From a virus, in the IMG/VR virus record IMGVR_UViG_3300029578_000023, positions 1-42,960 of that record: a stretch of DNA of 42,960 bases. One strand, given 5' to 3'. This document shows, piece after piece, positions 1-7,727 of this stretch (within the stretch, counting starts at the first letter, position 1; each line of letters starts with the position of its first letter). Made by a program: the position numbers and the translations under genes. The notes below the pieces were generated by a model that saw nothing but the letters and a program-made list of their open reading frames with translations, did no database searches and was not told the DNA's origin.

Positions 1-96
1 TCAAATACCAGTGGGAACCCGCCGATGCCGTCGAACAGGCTCCCCATCGTAACAGGACGCAAATATTGCGCACTGATACGCTTTGCCAGGAAGTCC
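1..96. repeat. Terminal direct repeat, copy 1 (identical to 42865-42960)
   Basis: Base-for-base identity read directly from the sequence: tcaaataccagtgggaaccc ... caggaagtcc. Confidence 0.98.
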
Positions 97-830
97 CAAA
101 ATGGCAAGGCGATGGAATTCCCCAGCGCCTTATAGCGCGGACTGTCGCTCGGCTTGCGCAGTTTGCCCTTACTGTCGCGCCACTCGCCGATGTCCGTCCA
201 GTGGTCTGGGAATCCTTGCAGCCGCTCGCATTCCATCGGCGTGAGGCGGCGCACAATCATTCCGGTTCGGACGGTGTTTTGCAAATTCAGACTTTGCCCT
301 ACGCTTTCTTTTGCTTGCAGCGTCCCGTTGATCTCGCCCCCCTCGGTGAAATTGCGGCAATCAACACTGCTGACCACTAAATCGGTGCTATCCTTGTAAT
401 CTCGCTGCTTGCAGTTGCTCGCAACGTCTCCCTCGCGGTAGTCCCCGAAGCCCTGCATTTGATAGCAAACCGCCGGAACCTCGCCGAAGGTGTGCAGCGC
501 AGAACACGGCTTGTCCGGTCCGACGGTGCTGCGGTTATTCGGCTGATTGTTCCCGCTCATGCCGGCCGCAGCGGTCAGCGTAGGTGCTCTGTCGTCGCTT
601 CGCACCTCGGCCCCGCCTTGCTGTGTTCCCATGCAGAAAATCGCCGGGTTATTTACTCCGCCGCCAACGCCACCTTGTAGCGTCGGGGATGCTCCCTCTG
701 TGCCAAAAATCCGTTTGCTTTGGCAGTCCCACTGCGTCAGACAGTTTTGGAAAATCGTCTGGTCGTTGCTGGTGCCGAGCGTTCCGCTCTTGTCCTCCTG
801 AACTAAAGCGCCTTTTCCTCCTCCGTCACA
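1..830 (-). CDS. DNA (cytosine-5) methyltransferase, downstream frame: long TRD, motifs IX and X, then motif I (continues at 42771-42864 through the circular junction)
   Basis: Minus frame is open from 830 to the window edge. Contains SPTLQGG, APTLTAAAG, RRLTPMECERLQGFPDHWT (IX), YKALGNSIALP (X, GNS at 114-122) and MGSLFDGIGGF (I, 15-35). Confidence 0.8.
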
Positions 831-1461
831 GCCCCCCCCTGATTCGGACTGCATAAGAAGCACCGCTTTTAGTGTTTCCGGCAAGTCTTTCCCGCGCCGT
901 TCCGCTCTCCGCAAAATGCCTTGACACGCTTTTGCGCTCAAAGAGTATTTCTCCTGCGGTGTCTCCTCCAAAATCTGCGACAACCGAGATACGACGGCGA
1001 CGTTGGGGGACTCCCCAGTGTTGCGCGTCATGCACTCGCCAAGCCACGCTCCATCGTCCTCCCACTTCATCGTGGTAGCCACCCCAGGTGTTCCAGCCTT
1101 TTTCAGGCACTTCAATATCGGGGGCTTCCGGCTCTGCGATGCGGATGATCTCTTCGAGGACTGCCGCGAAGTCTTGTCCTTTGTTGCTGCTGAATGCTCC
1201 GGGCACGTTTTCCCAGACCATAAACCGAGGTCGGACCATGTCACCTGTTCGTCCGTTCGCTTTGTCATGTGCTCTCATCTCCTTCACGATGCGGATCTGT
1301 TCCATGAACAATCCGCTTCTTGCGCCGGCTAACCCGGCGCGTTTTCCTGCAATGCTCAAATCCTGACACGGTGAGCCTCCCGTGATAACGTCCACGGTCT
1401 CGATCTCCGCGCCGTTGATTTTCGTAATATCGCCGAGGTGCTTCATCTTCTCCCCTCGCAT
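826..1461 (-). CDS. DNA (cytosine-5) methyltransferase, upstream frame (motifs IV, VI, VIII only)
   Basis: 211 aa. GGSPCQDLS (PCQ at 1363-1371), WENVPG and QRRRR are present. No FxGxG motif lies upstream. TGA at 826-828 follows the G8 run directly. Confidence 0.85.
   Translation of the reverse strand: MRGEKMKHLGDITKINGAEIETVDVITGGSPCQDLSIAGKRAGLAGARSGLFMEQIRIVKEMRAHDKANGRTGDMVRPRFMVWENVPGAFSSNKGQDFAAVLEEIIRIAEPEAPDIEVPEKGWNTWGGYHDEVGGRWSVAWRVHDAQHWGVPQRRRRISVVADFGGDTAGEILFERKSVSRHFAESGTARERLAGNTKSGASYAVRIRGGL
832..839. repeat. C8 (G8 on coding strand) homopolymer at the frame break of the methyltransferase
   Basis: gcccccccct at 831-840. The upstream frame stops 4 nt after the run, and the downstream frame is open through it. 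Confidence 0.95.
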
Positions 1462-1661
1462 TCCCCGAACATCTCCCGGAACGTCAGGCCCGTCAAGTCT
1501 TCCAGCGCCAGCAGCTTTTGGATGGTCGGCATAATGCGCCCATACTCATAATTCGCAAGCTGCCCCTGCACAAGGCCACACATGGCGGCAAACTGTGATT
1601 GGCTCATGCCCCTTGCTTTTCTAAGGTTGCGGATCCGCTCCGCAGTGTCTTTTGCATTCAT
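1443..1661 (-). CDS. XRE-family helix-turn-helix protein
   Basis: 72 aa with IRNLRKARGMSQSQFAAMCGLVQGQLANYEYG. AGGGAG RBS. The 3' end overlaps the methyltransferase start by 19 nt. Confidence 0.75.
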   Translation of the reverse strand: MNAKDTAERIRNLRKARGMSQSQFAAMCGLVQGQLANYEYGRIMPTIQKLLALEDLTGLTFREMFGECEGRR

Positions 1662-1674
1662 CTTTTCGCTCCCT

Positions 1675-1872
1675 TTATTTTCTCAGCTTTTGGCCACGCC
1701 GCGTTTTGAACTGGCGCGCTCCCAAATAATCGTCTTTTGCCTGCGTCTGCCGCTTCTCTTCGGCCTTCGCCGCCCGGACCTTCGCAATATCCTCCGCATA
1801 ATGCGGGCAATGGTCCTGGCAGCCGAGATAGCGCACGGGTGGCAGGCAGCTGTGGCAGTGCTCAAAGCTCAT
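1675..1872 (-). CDS. Hypothetical Cys/His-rich small protein
   Basis: 65 aa, MSFEHCHSCLPPVRYLGCQDHCPHY, followed by a basic tail. Packed in the operon. Confidence 0.5.
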   Translation of the reverse strand: MSFEHCHSCLPPVRYLGCQDHCPHYAEDIAKVRAAKAEEKRQTQAKDDYLGARQFKTRRGQKLRK

Positions 1873-1873
1873 C

Positions 1874-2320
1874 TCACACCTCGCGGATCGTGATGCCGTA
1901 CTTGTCCTGCATCAGTTTCTTTTTCAGCAGATAGTCTTTCGTTTTCACGCCCTTTGCGTCCTCGACCTCGCGCAGCCAATGCACCGTGCCGTTGCAGTCC
2001 GGCCCAGTTGCTCGCTCGTAAACAAAATCCGCGCGGTAGACCATCGGCTTGATTCTCTCGCCCTCGATGGTCGTGTATCCCTCAACGAGCGTAAAATTCG
2101 CTTGCAACCGTAAATCGCGAATCTTGCCCATCGCGCGCAGCACTTTCAGCTCGCCGAACCGCGCCGCCTCGCGCTCGGAATCAAACTTGATGCCGTCGCG
2201 CACAACCTTGCGGTTGCCGTACTTGCTTTTCTTCGACTTCTGTTCGCCCACCAGTTTGTCAAGCACCTGCTTCTGCGCCTGCGGCCCCAGCCTCGCGAGG
2301 TCAGCTGATGTCAGCGCCAT
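1874..2320 (-). CDS. DUF1064-type protein (putative resolvase-like nuclease)
   Basis: KYGNRKVVRDGIKFDSEREAARFGELK ... YRADFVY pattern. ATG 2320 with a GGGAGG RBS. The longer annotated ORF start was rejected. Confidence 0.7.
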   Translation of the reverse strand: MALTSADLARLGPQAQKQVLDKLVGEQKSKKSKYGNRKVVRDGIKFDSEREAARFGELKVLRAMGKIRDLRLQANFTLVEGYTTIEGERIKPMVYRADFVYERATGPDCNGTVHWLREVEDAKGVKTKDYLLKKKLMQDKYGITIREV

Positions 2321-2891
2321 CGTCGGCCTCCCTGATTCGCACTGGCAGGACCATTTTGACGTCCTCGTGGTTGGTCTTGATCGTAATGGGCCCAAGTGGC
2401 CCACGGAATTCCAGAATAGCAGGCTGCTTGAAGGCACCGCCGACGCTGGCCTTTGCCGCCTGCAACGTCGAGAGAAGATACTCGGCATTCACGCCGATAC
2501 GGAATGTCGGTTCATTGGGCAGGACTTTTTCCCAATCCAGAAACGCTCCAACCGGCTGAACAAAACCGAAGATGCAGCCGAGACATTCGATCTCAACCAC
2601 GCTTTCCGTCTTGTCCCGTTCTTTCAGCTCCAAGCGCATGGAGTTGCCGCGTGGCAGGCGGATACTCGGCTTGATGTAGCAATCGAAATCCTCTTCGACC
2701 TCGCAGCAGGTCGCGTGCTCCACGAAAAGCCGGACGCCGTCTGTGGCGATAGCCGTAACTGCCTTGTTCTTCTTGCGAAATTCCAGCCGGATATTCTTGT
2801 ACATCGGCCTACTGATGCTCGCTGATACCGCGCCCTTTACGGCGGCGATAATCGTGTTGAACGCGTTGGTGTCCATGATAGCCAGTCTCAT
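2301..2891 (-). CDS. Short DnaN (beta sliding clamp)-like protein
   Basis: 196 aa. ATDGVRLFVEH and C-terminal GVNAEYLLSTLQ ... MVLPVRI resemble clamp domains II-III. AAGGAGG RBS and an ATGA overlap. Confidence 0.55.
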   Translation of the reverse strand: MRLAIMDTNAFNTIIAAVKGAVSASISRPMYKNIRLEFRKKNKAVTAIATDGVRLFVEHATCCEVEEDFDCYIKPSIRLPRGNSMRLELKERDKTESVVEIECLGCIFGFVQPVGAFLDWEKVLPNEPTFRIGVNAEYLLSTLQAAKASVGGAFKQPAILEFRGPLGPITIKTNHEDVKMVLPVRIREADDGADIS

Positions 2892-3262
2892 TCCTCTGCC
2901 TCCTTTGCGCCATTGTGATCGCACGGATCATCCCGCAGGCCGACCGCAATATGCATCACGTTCTTCTCATCGACGCGCTGGTGAATCTCGTATTGCCCAA
3001 GCAGCGGGTTCACCTTCGGCCTTTCGAGGTGGAGCGCCTTCATGCGTGGGATATCTTCTCCCGTGTCGGGGTCCTTCACTGCCTCGCCGTAGGAAAGCGC
3101 GATCTGGATAATCCAAGCATCGAACGCCATGCGCAGCTGGTTCAGTCCCTTCATATCCTCGCGCAGCTTCGCATTTGCTTTCATCAGCTCGCCGACTTTT
3201 TTCTGATATCTTCCGAGCTCGTGCTCAAGCCGTTTTACCTTGTCTCTGTTTCTTTCGCTCAT
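2888..3262 (-). CDS. Hypothetical coiled-coil protein
   Basis: 124 aa starting from MSERNRDKVKRLEHELGRYQKK. ATGA overlaps at both ends. Confidence 0.5.
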   Translation of the reverse strand: MSERNRDKVKRLEHELGRYQKKVGELMKANAKLREDMKGLNQLRMAFDAWIIQIALSYGEAVKDPDTGEDIPRMKALHLERPKVNPLLGQYEIHQRVDEKNVMHIAVGLRDDPCDHNGAKEAEE

Positions 3263-3465
3263 CGGTTCTCCGTCCTTTCGTAGTGCAGCGTCAGCGCCCG
3301 AGCGATCGGGCAGCGCCGCCATTCTTCGTTGGCGCAGTAGCGCCGCGTACATTCGTCCAGCTCTTCTTTTGGTAGCTTGACTTGTGCGCCCTCGCAGTTG
3401 AGATAGTCGCGGTAGTCCCGCGAGTAAAACGGGCACTTGAAAATGCCCCCGCGATACCCGCTCAC
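3259..3465 (-). CDS. Hypothetical Cys-rich protein
   Basis: 68 aa with 6 Cys (KCPFY, NCEG, ECTRRYC, RRCP). GTG start overlapping the upstream stop (GTGA). Confidence 0.5.
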   Translation of the reverse strand: MSGYRGGIFKCPFYSRDYRDYLNCEGAQVKLPKEELDECTRRYCANEEWRRCPIARALTLHYERTENR

Positions 3466-4286
3466 GGCGCACCGCCTGCCAACACCGATTTGACGTGCCT
3501 CATGCGCTGATTTGCCTTGTCGCGTCTCATGCTATCGCCCTTGAATACCAGTGGCGTGCACATCTCGAGGATGCGGTCATAGATGCGCTGATAGGCCATG
3601 TCTTTCGGCCTGCACAGCTCGTCAAGCGTCAGGTTTGTGGTGACGATCAGCGGCTTCTTGGCCTTGTATCGCTCGTCAATGACCGTGTAAACCGTCTCCA
3701 TTGCGTACTCACTGCTGCGCTCTGCGCCGAGATCATCGATCACCATCAGCGGGTAATAGTGCACCTGCTCGACGATTTCTTTCTTGTCGTATCCCGCGTT
3801 GAGGATTCGCGGGAAGCTCGTAATCATCGCCGGGATCCCGCGGTCAATCAGCTCGTTGGCGATACACGCCGCCGCGAAGGTCTTCCCGTTGCCGGTGTTG
3901 CCCCACAGCAGAAGCCCATTGTTCTCGCGCCGCATATCGTCCCATGCGTCGGCATAGCGTTTGCATTTGACGATCTCGTCACTCATCGTCGCCTTGTCGA
4001 ACCGGCACGCCGTCAGGCTCTTGTCGCGGATTCCGTCAGCACGCAGCGTTTCGATGCGTAGTCGCTTCTCACGGTCAGCGCGAGCTTTTTTCTCGGCCTC
4101 GTACTCTCGCGCCGCGCAAGCACACTGGCACCCGACAAGGCGGACATTCCCGCCGATGGGGATGCGGCACTGCTTCGGCGTGTTGCAATGGCCGCAGTAC
4201 AGCAGCCCGTCTTTCTCGTAATCGACCAGATCACGAACAGGCTCGGCCTTTTTCGCGATGCTGTCGATCAATGCGTCAACGTTCAT
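3462..4286 (-). CDS. DnaC/IstB-like AAA+ helicase loader with N-terminal Cys cluster
   Basis: Walker A GNTGNGKT and Walker B LMVIDDLG. N-terminal CGHC...CQCAC. Confidence 0.8.
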   Translation of the reverse strand: MNVDALIDSIAKKAEPVRDLVDYEKDGLLYCGHCNTPKQCRIPIGGNVRLVGCQCACAAREYEAEKKARADREKRLRIETLRADGIRDKSLTACRFDKATMSDEIVKCKRYADAWDDMRRENNGLLLWGNTGNGKTFAAACIANELIDRGIPAMITSFPRILNAGYDKKEIVEQVHYYPLMVIDDLGAERSSEYAMETVYTVIDERYKAKKPLIVTTNLTLDELCRPKDMAYQRIYDRILEMCTPLVFKGDSMRRDKANQRMRHVKSVLAGGAP

Positions 4287-4903
4287 AGGCTTCCCTCCGT
4301 GTTGCCGTAGTCGTAGACAAACGGCTTATTTTGCTCGGAATCGCGCTTTTCCCATGTCCTAACGGCGGCTTTCCAGTCTTTCATGCGGTTCTTCCCTACC
4401 ATCCAGCCCTTTGCCGTGTAGAAATCCAGAAACCGTTGTGCGTCCACGTTTGATCCACGCTCACGGATATAAGCCGAAACATCGTCTAACGTGGGGGGAG
4501 TAAAGCGCTTCGCGCGCGTATCACTCACACCGTTAGGGGGGAGTGAATTATCTTTGGTTTTGTCTTTGGTTTTGTCTTTGGGTTTGTCTTTGGTTTGGTA
4601 CGTTTCGTATACGTTCGTATTCGTTCGTATACCATCGTATACGTTCGTATCATCTTGGCGCGCATACCGTTTTTCTATGTTGCGTTGGTTCTTTGCGCAT
4701 CGTTCTTCATACGCTGCTTTAGCCCTATTTATATCGTCCGCAATGAAATCAAATGCGATCGACTCTCGTCCCGCAAGTTCCTCCGTCTCTCCAGTCTCGC
4801 CATATTCAAGCAAAGACCGTACAAGCCGACCTACCTCTTGATCTGAAAGTTTCTCTAATTTTTTGCGATAGCTGTAATAAAAGGGGATGTACTCAAGAGC
4901 CAC
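4283..4903 (-). CDS. Replisome organizer / DnaD-like replication initiation protein
   Basis: 206 aa. Sits directly upstream of the loader. C-terminal FLDFYTAKGWMVGKNRMKDWKAAVRTWEKR. Carries internal iterons. GTG start with a GGTGGAGG RBS. Confidence 0.55.
   Translation of the reverse strand: MALEYIPFYYSYRKKLEKLSDQEVGRLVRSLLEYGETGETEELAGRESIAFDFIADDINRAKAAYEERCAKNQRNIEKRYARQDDTNVYDGIRTNTNVYETYQTKDKPKDKTKDKTKDNSLPPNGVSDTRAKRFTPPTLDDVSAYIRERGSNVDAQRFLDFYTAKGWMVGKNRMKDWKAAVRTWEKRDSEQNKPFVYDYGNTEGSL
4551..4598. repeat. 4 x 12-bp tandem iterons (tctttggttttg)
   Basis: Direct reading: units at 4551, 4563, 4575 and 4587. Confidence 0.9.
4601..4650. repeat. 5 x 10-bp tandem iterons (acgttcgtat)
   Basis: cgtttcgtat acgttcgtat tcgttcgtat accatcgtat acgttcgtat. 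The period equals one helical turn. Confidence 0.9.
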
Positions 4904-4918
4904 TATGCCTCCACCGCC

Positions 4919-5329
4919 TTAAAACGGTGTATCGCCGTCGTCCTCGCTGACCTCTGCAAAGCCGCCTGCGGCGCTCTCTGCGGCGTATTTCGGTGCGGCA
5001 GTGTTGTTGTCCTCCGAGCGCCTGTTGTCTGCGAAATACACGCTGTCAGCCTGCACCTCGTAGCTCTTGCGCTTGTTGCCGTTCTTGTCCGTCCAGTCGC
5101 GCATCTGCAAGTGCCCCTCGACGCCGATCAACCGCCCGCGTCCGGCGTAGTTGCAGAGCACCTCCGCCGTGCCGCGCCATGCGACAACATCGATCCAGTC
5201 TGTGCCGCCCTCTTTGCCGTTGCGATCAACGGCAAGAGGGAACGACACAACGGATACGCCGCTGTTCGTCTTTTTCAGCTCCAAATCCCGCCCGATGCGT
5301 CCCATCAGGCAGATTCGATTCATGCTCAT
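4919..5329 (-). CDS. ssb: Single-stranded DNA-binding protein
   Basis: OB-fold N-terminus MNRICLMGRIGRDLELKKT and acidic tip DDGDTPF. ATGA overlap with the upstream gene. Confidence 0.85.
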   Translation of the reverse strand: MSMNRICLMGRIGRDLELKKTNSGVSVVSFPLAVDRNGKEGGTDWIDVVAWRGTAEVLCNYAGRGRLIGVEGHLQMRDWTDKNGNKRKSYEVQADSVYFADNRRSEDNNTAAPKYAAESAAGGFAEVSEDDGDTPF

Positions 5330-6000
5330 TTCAATTCCTCCTCGCTTTGGTGTTGGTGCAGATAGAGCACATGGCTCTTGCCGATGGCGGCGTTTTGGGC
5401 GAGCCATGCGCGCGCCTGCTCGCGGGATAGATGGCTCTCCATCGCGCGGCTCTCATAGCTGAATTCTCCCGCCTCCAGCTTGCGCTTCATGCGCTCCTGT
5501 ATCTCCTCTTCGCCGTAATTGGCTTCGATCAGATAAAGGTCGTAGTCCTGCGCCACAATGCCGTCCAGCGAGGCGCAGTCCGTCGCATAGAACACGCGCT
5601 CGCCGTTTGCAAATTCGATATGCCACGCACAATTCGGAACATCGTGAGGAATGGAATTGTAAGACACACAGACGGGGTAGAGAAGGGAACAGGAGTAGAA
5701 CAGCACATGGCCTGCCATGCCCTCGTCGGTCACGCGGCGGTCCACGCCGATGCGTCCCATCGGTTCCATGAGCCACGGAGGGACGCACCAGCGCAGCGCA
5801 GGGCGCAGGAAGTGCAGGCGCTTGATGGTCTCGGGGTTGAAGTGGTCGCCGTGAACATGCGTCAGCAGGACGAGCCTCAATCCCTTGCAGTATGGTTCGA
5901 GTTCCCGAAAGGGAACGCCGCAGTCAATGAGTATTTCATCATTCAGCAGTACGGCGTTCCCCTTGGAGCCGGTCGAAATGACCTTGACCTTACAGATCAT
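5326..6000 (-). CDS. Metallo-beta-lactamase fold hydrolase
   Basis: LLTHVHGDHF (HxHxDH) motif. 224 aa. Confidence 0.75.
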   Translation of the reverse strand: MICKVKVISTGSKGNAVLLNDEILIDCGVPFRELEPYCKGLRLVLLTHVHGDHFNPETIKRLHFLRPALRWCVPPWLMEPMGRIGVDRRVTDEGMAGHVLFYSCSLLYPVCVSYNSIPHDVPNCAWHIEFANGERVFYATDCASLDGIVAQDYDLYLIEANYGEEEIQERMKRKLEAGEFSYESRAMESHLSREQARAWLAQNAAIGKSHVLYLHQHQSEEELK

Positions 6001-6877
6001 TCATGCTCACCTGCTTGGTGGTGCCGGTCTTTCCGTCGTCCGGCGTACCGAGGGCGTCAGCGGGAGCGGGCAGCTCGTCCTTGACCTCGCCTGTGGTCTC
6101 GTCCACTTCGACGGTCGGGAGATCAAAATACTGCTCGCGGCTCGCGCGTCCCTCTTTCAGTGAGGTATACACATTACGCAGGCGCACGATGCTCTGCGCC
6201 GTGAACGCTTCGGCCTTGCAGCCGATGTACTTTTCAAGGCACTCCATCGGTACGCCGAAGTCATCCTTGAACGCCTGTCCCATCTTGCGTACGCGGTCGA
6301 TCATGGGTTCATCGCTCTTTCCCATCATCGTCTTGGTACACGCCGCAAGAGCGGCGTCTACCACGTCGCCGGGGATAATGCCAAGAATGCACGCGCGCAT
6401 ACGGCGCGCGCCCTGATTGGCGACCATTTCATAGATGTCGCGCGGGTCGGTGAGGGCAACGCTGCCTTTCTTGGTGTAGCGGATATGCGGCACGGTGAAG
6501 ATCTTCGTCTGGCGGGTGTTGGTCTCCAAATCCCAGCAGTAGGCCATGACGGTACTCTCGCCGTTCTTCTGCTCCAGCTCGGTAATGCCGAAGTCGAGGT
6601 TGCCCCAGTTCTGCGCCATGACCTCGGCGAGACGGATCGAGGGGCCGGTCACGTTCTCGCCGCCGCGCGGGTATTCATAGATCGCGCGCTCGGCAAGGCT
6701 CTTGCGCTTGCAGGCGTTGAGAATGCGGTTGTTCGCTTCGATCTCGTCACGGGGAAAACGCTTGGCGACGACCATTGCCGCCTGTACCTCCTGCGCCTGA
6801 CGGGAGATCATCATTTCGGCGTTCACGCTCTTGGCGCTCACAACTTCGGTGCTGTTGTAGGTCTGCATTTCGTTCAT
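5990..6877 (-). CDS. Putative single-strand annealing recombinase (RecT/Redbeta-superfamily-like)
   Basis: Sits between the DUF1351-like protein and the MBL/SSB genes. TAAGGAGG RBS before ATG 6877. Family assignment is from memory only. Confidence 0.5.
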   Translation of the reverse strand: MNEMQTYNSTEVVSAKSVNAEMMISRQAQEVQAAMVVAKRFPRDEIEANNRILNACKRKSLAERAIYEYPRGGENVTGPSIRLAEVMAQNWGNLDFGITELEQKNGESTVMAYCWDLETNTRQTKIFTVPHIRYTKKGSVALTDPRDIYEMVANQGARRMRACILGIIPGDVVDAALAACTKTMMGKSDEPMIDRVRKMGQAFKDDFGVPMECLEKYIGCKAEAFTAQSIVRLRNVYTSLKEGRASREQYFDLPTVEVDETTGEVKDELPAPADALGTPDDGKTGTTKQVSMNDL

Positions 6878-6899
6878 GGTAATATCCTCCTTAAAATAA

Positions 6900-7727
6900 T
6901 CATTCGTACTGATAGCCATTGCTGACAAGGAATTGCTTCAAAAGGCGCAGGCGCTCGCGCGTATCGGTCACGCGGAACGACACCGTGAGGCGTTCGACCG
7001 CCGCCTGCTCCACGCGCTTCGGGACGACCTGCGGGGCCGCTGCGACGGTATCTCCAGCAGCGCGCGCTGCTGGAGATACCGTGTGGCGTTTCACGGCCTC
7101 GCGCTCCTCCTCGGCGCGGCGGTGACGCTCGTTGACAACGGAGATCGCAAGCGAGAGGTCGAGGTTATTTTTGTACTCCACCATGATCTCCGGCGCGTTC
7201 TCGCCCATCGTGCCGATGGTTTTCATGTCCTGCGCCACGCCGTCCACCTTTAGCTTGATCTGCTCCATGAGCTTCTTCGGCGTCTTGGCTCTGGCGCTCG
7301 CCATATCGACCTTAACGCCGGTCTGCCCGAACGAAAGGAAGTCGATCTCGTTGACCGCGCACAGCTCCCGAAAATAGCCCAGCAGCATTTCCTCGCAGCG
7401 GCTCTTGATCTCGCTTTCCGTCGCGTCAATCTTGGCTTTCAGGTCTGCGTCGGCGCGCTTGTACGGGTCGGCAATGCACTCACGGTAGACGGATTCGAAG
7501 CTGTCGTACTTCTCCATGATTGCGGCTTTAATGGCCTTGCGCTGGGTCTCGGCATCGGCAAACTCGCGGTTCATTTCGGCGCGAATGTTCTTCACGCTGG
7601 TTAAGGTCTCGTCGGTGCAGACAAGGCTCATTGCCTCTGCGACGCGCTGCTCCGTCTGCTCCTTCCGGCTCCTCAAATGCTCCTCGATCACGGGGAGTTG
7701 AGTCACTTTCATCAGGGTGTTATCCAT
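6900..7727 (-). CDS. DUF1351-like phage protein
   Basis: 275 aa, helical, partnered with a recombinase. Start MDNTLMKV overlaps the upstream stop. Confidence 0.5.
   Translation of the reverse strand: MDNTLMKVTQLPVIEEHLRSRKEQTEQRVAEAMSLVCTDETLTSVKNIRAEMNREFADAETQRKAIKAAIMEKYDSFESVYRECIADPYKRADADLKAKIDATESEIKSRCEEMLLGYFRELCAVNEIDFLSFGQTGVKVDMASARAKTPKKLMEQIKLKVDGVAQDMKTIGTMGENAPEIMVEYKNNLDLSLAISVVNERHRRAEEEREAVKRHTVSPAARAAGDTVAAAPQVVPKRVEQAAVERLTVSFRVTDTRERLRLLKQFLVSNGYQYE
7047..7080. repeat. Perfect 34-bp palindrome inside a coding region
   Basis: ggtatctccagcagcgc|gcgctgctggagatacc. Verified as self-complementary. Confidence 0.97.

Noticed and set aside
1-96. Terminal repeats as the ends of an IS, transposon or LTR element.
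   Set aside because: The repeats are direct, lie exactly at the window ends and sit inside a continuous coding frame. No transposase is present.
1675-1872. Anti-CRISPR/aca-like pair (small ORF followed by an HTH).
   Set aside because: This rests on arrangement only. There is no dedicated promoter and no recognisable Acr similarity. The HTH is better explained by its coupling to the methyltransferase.
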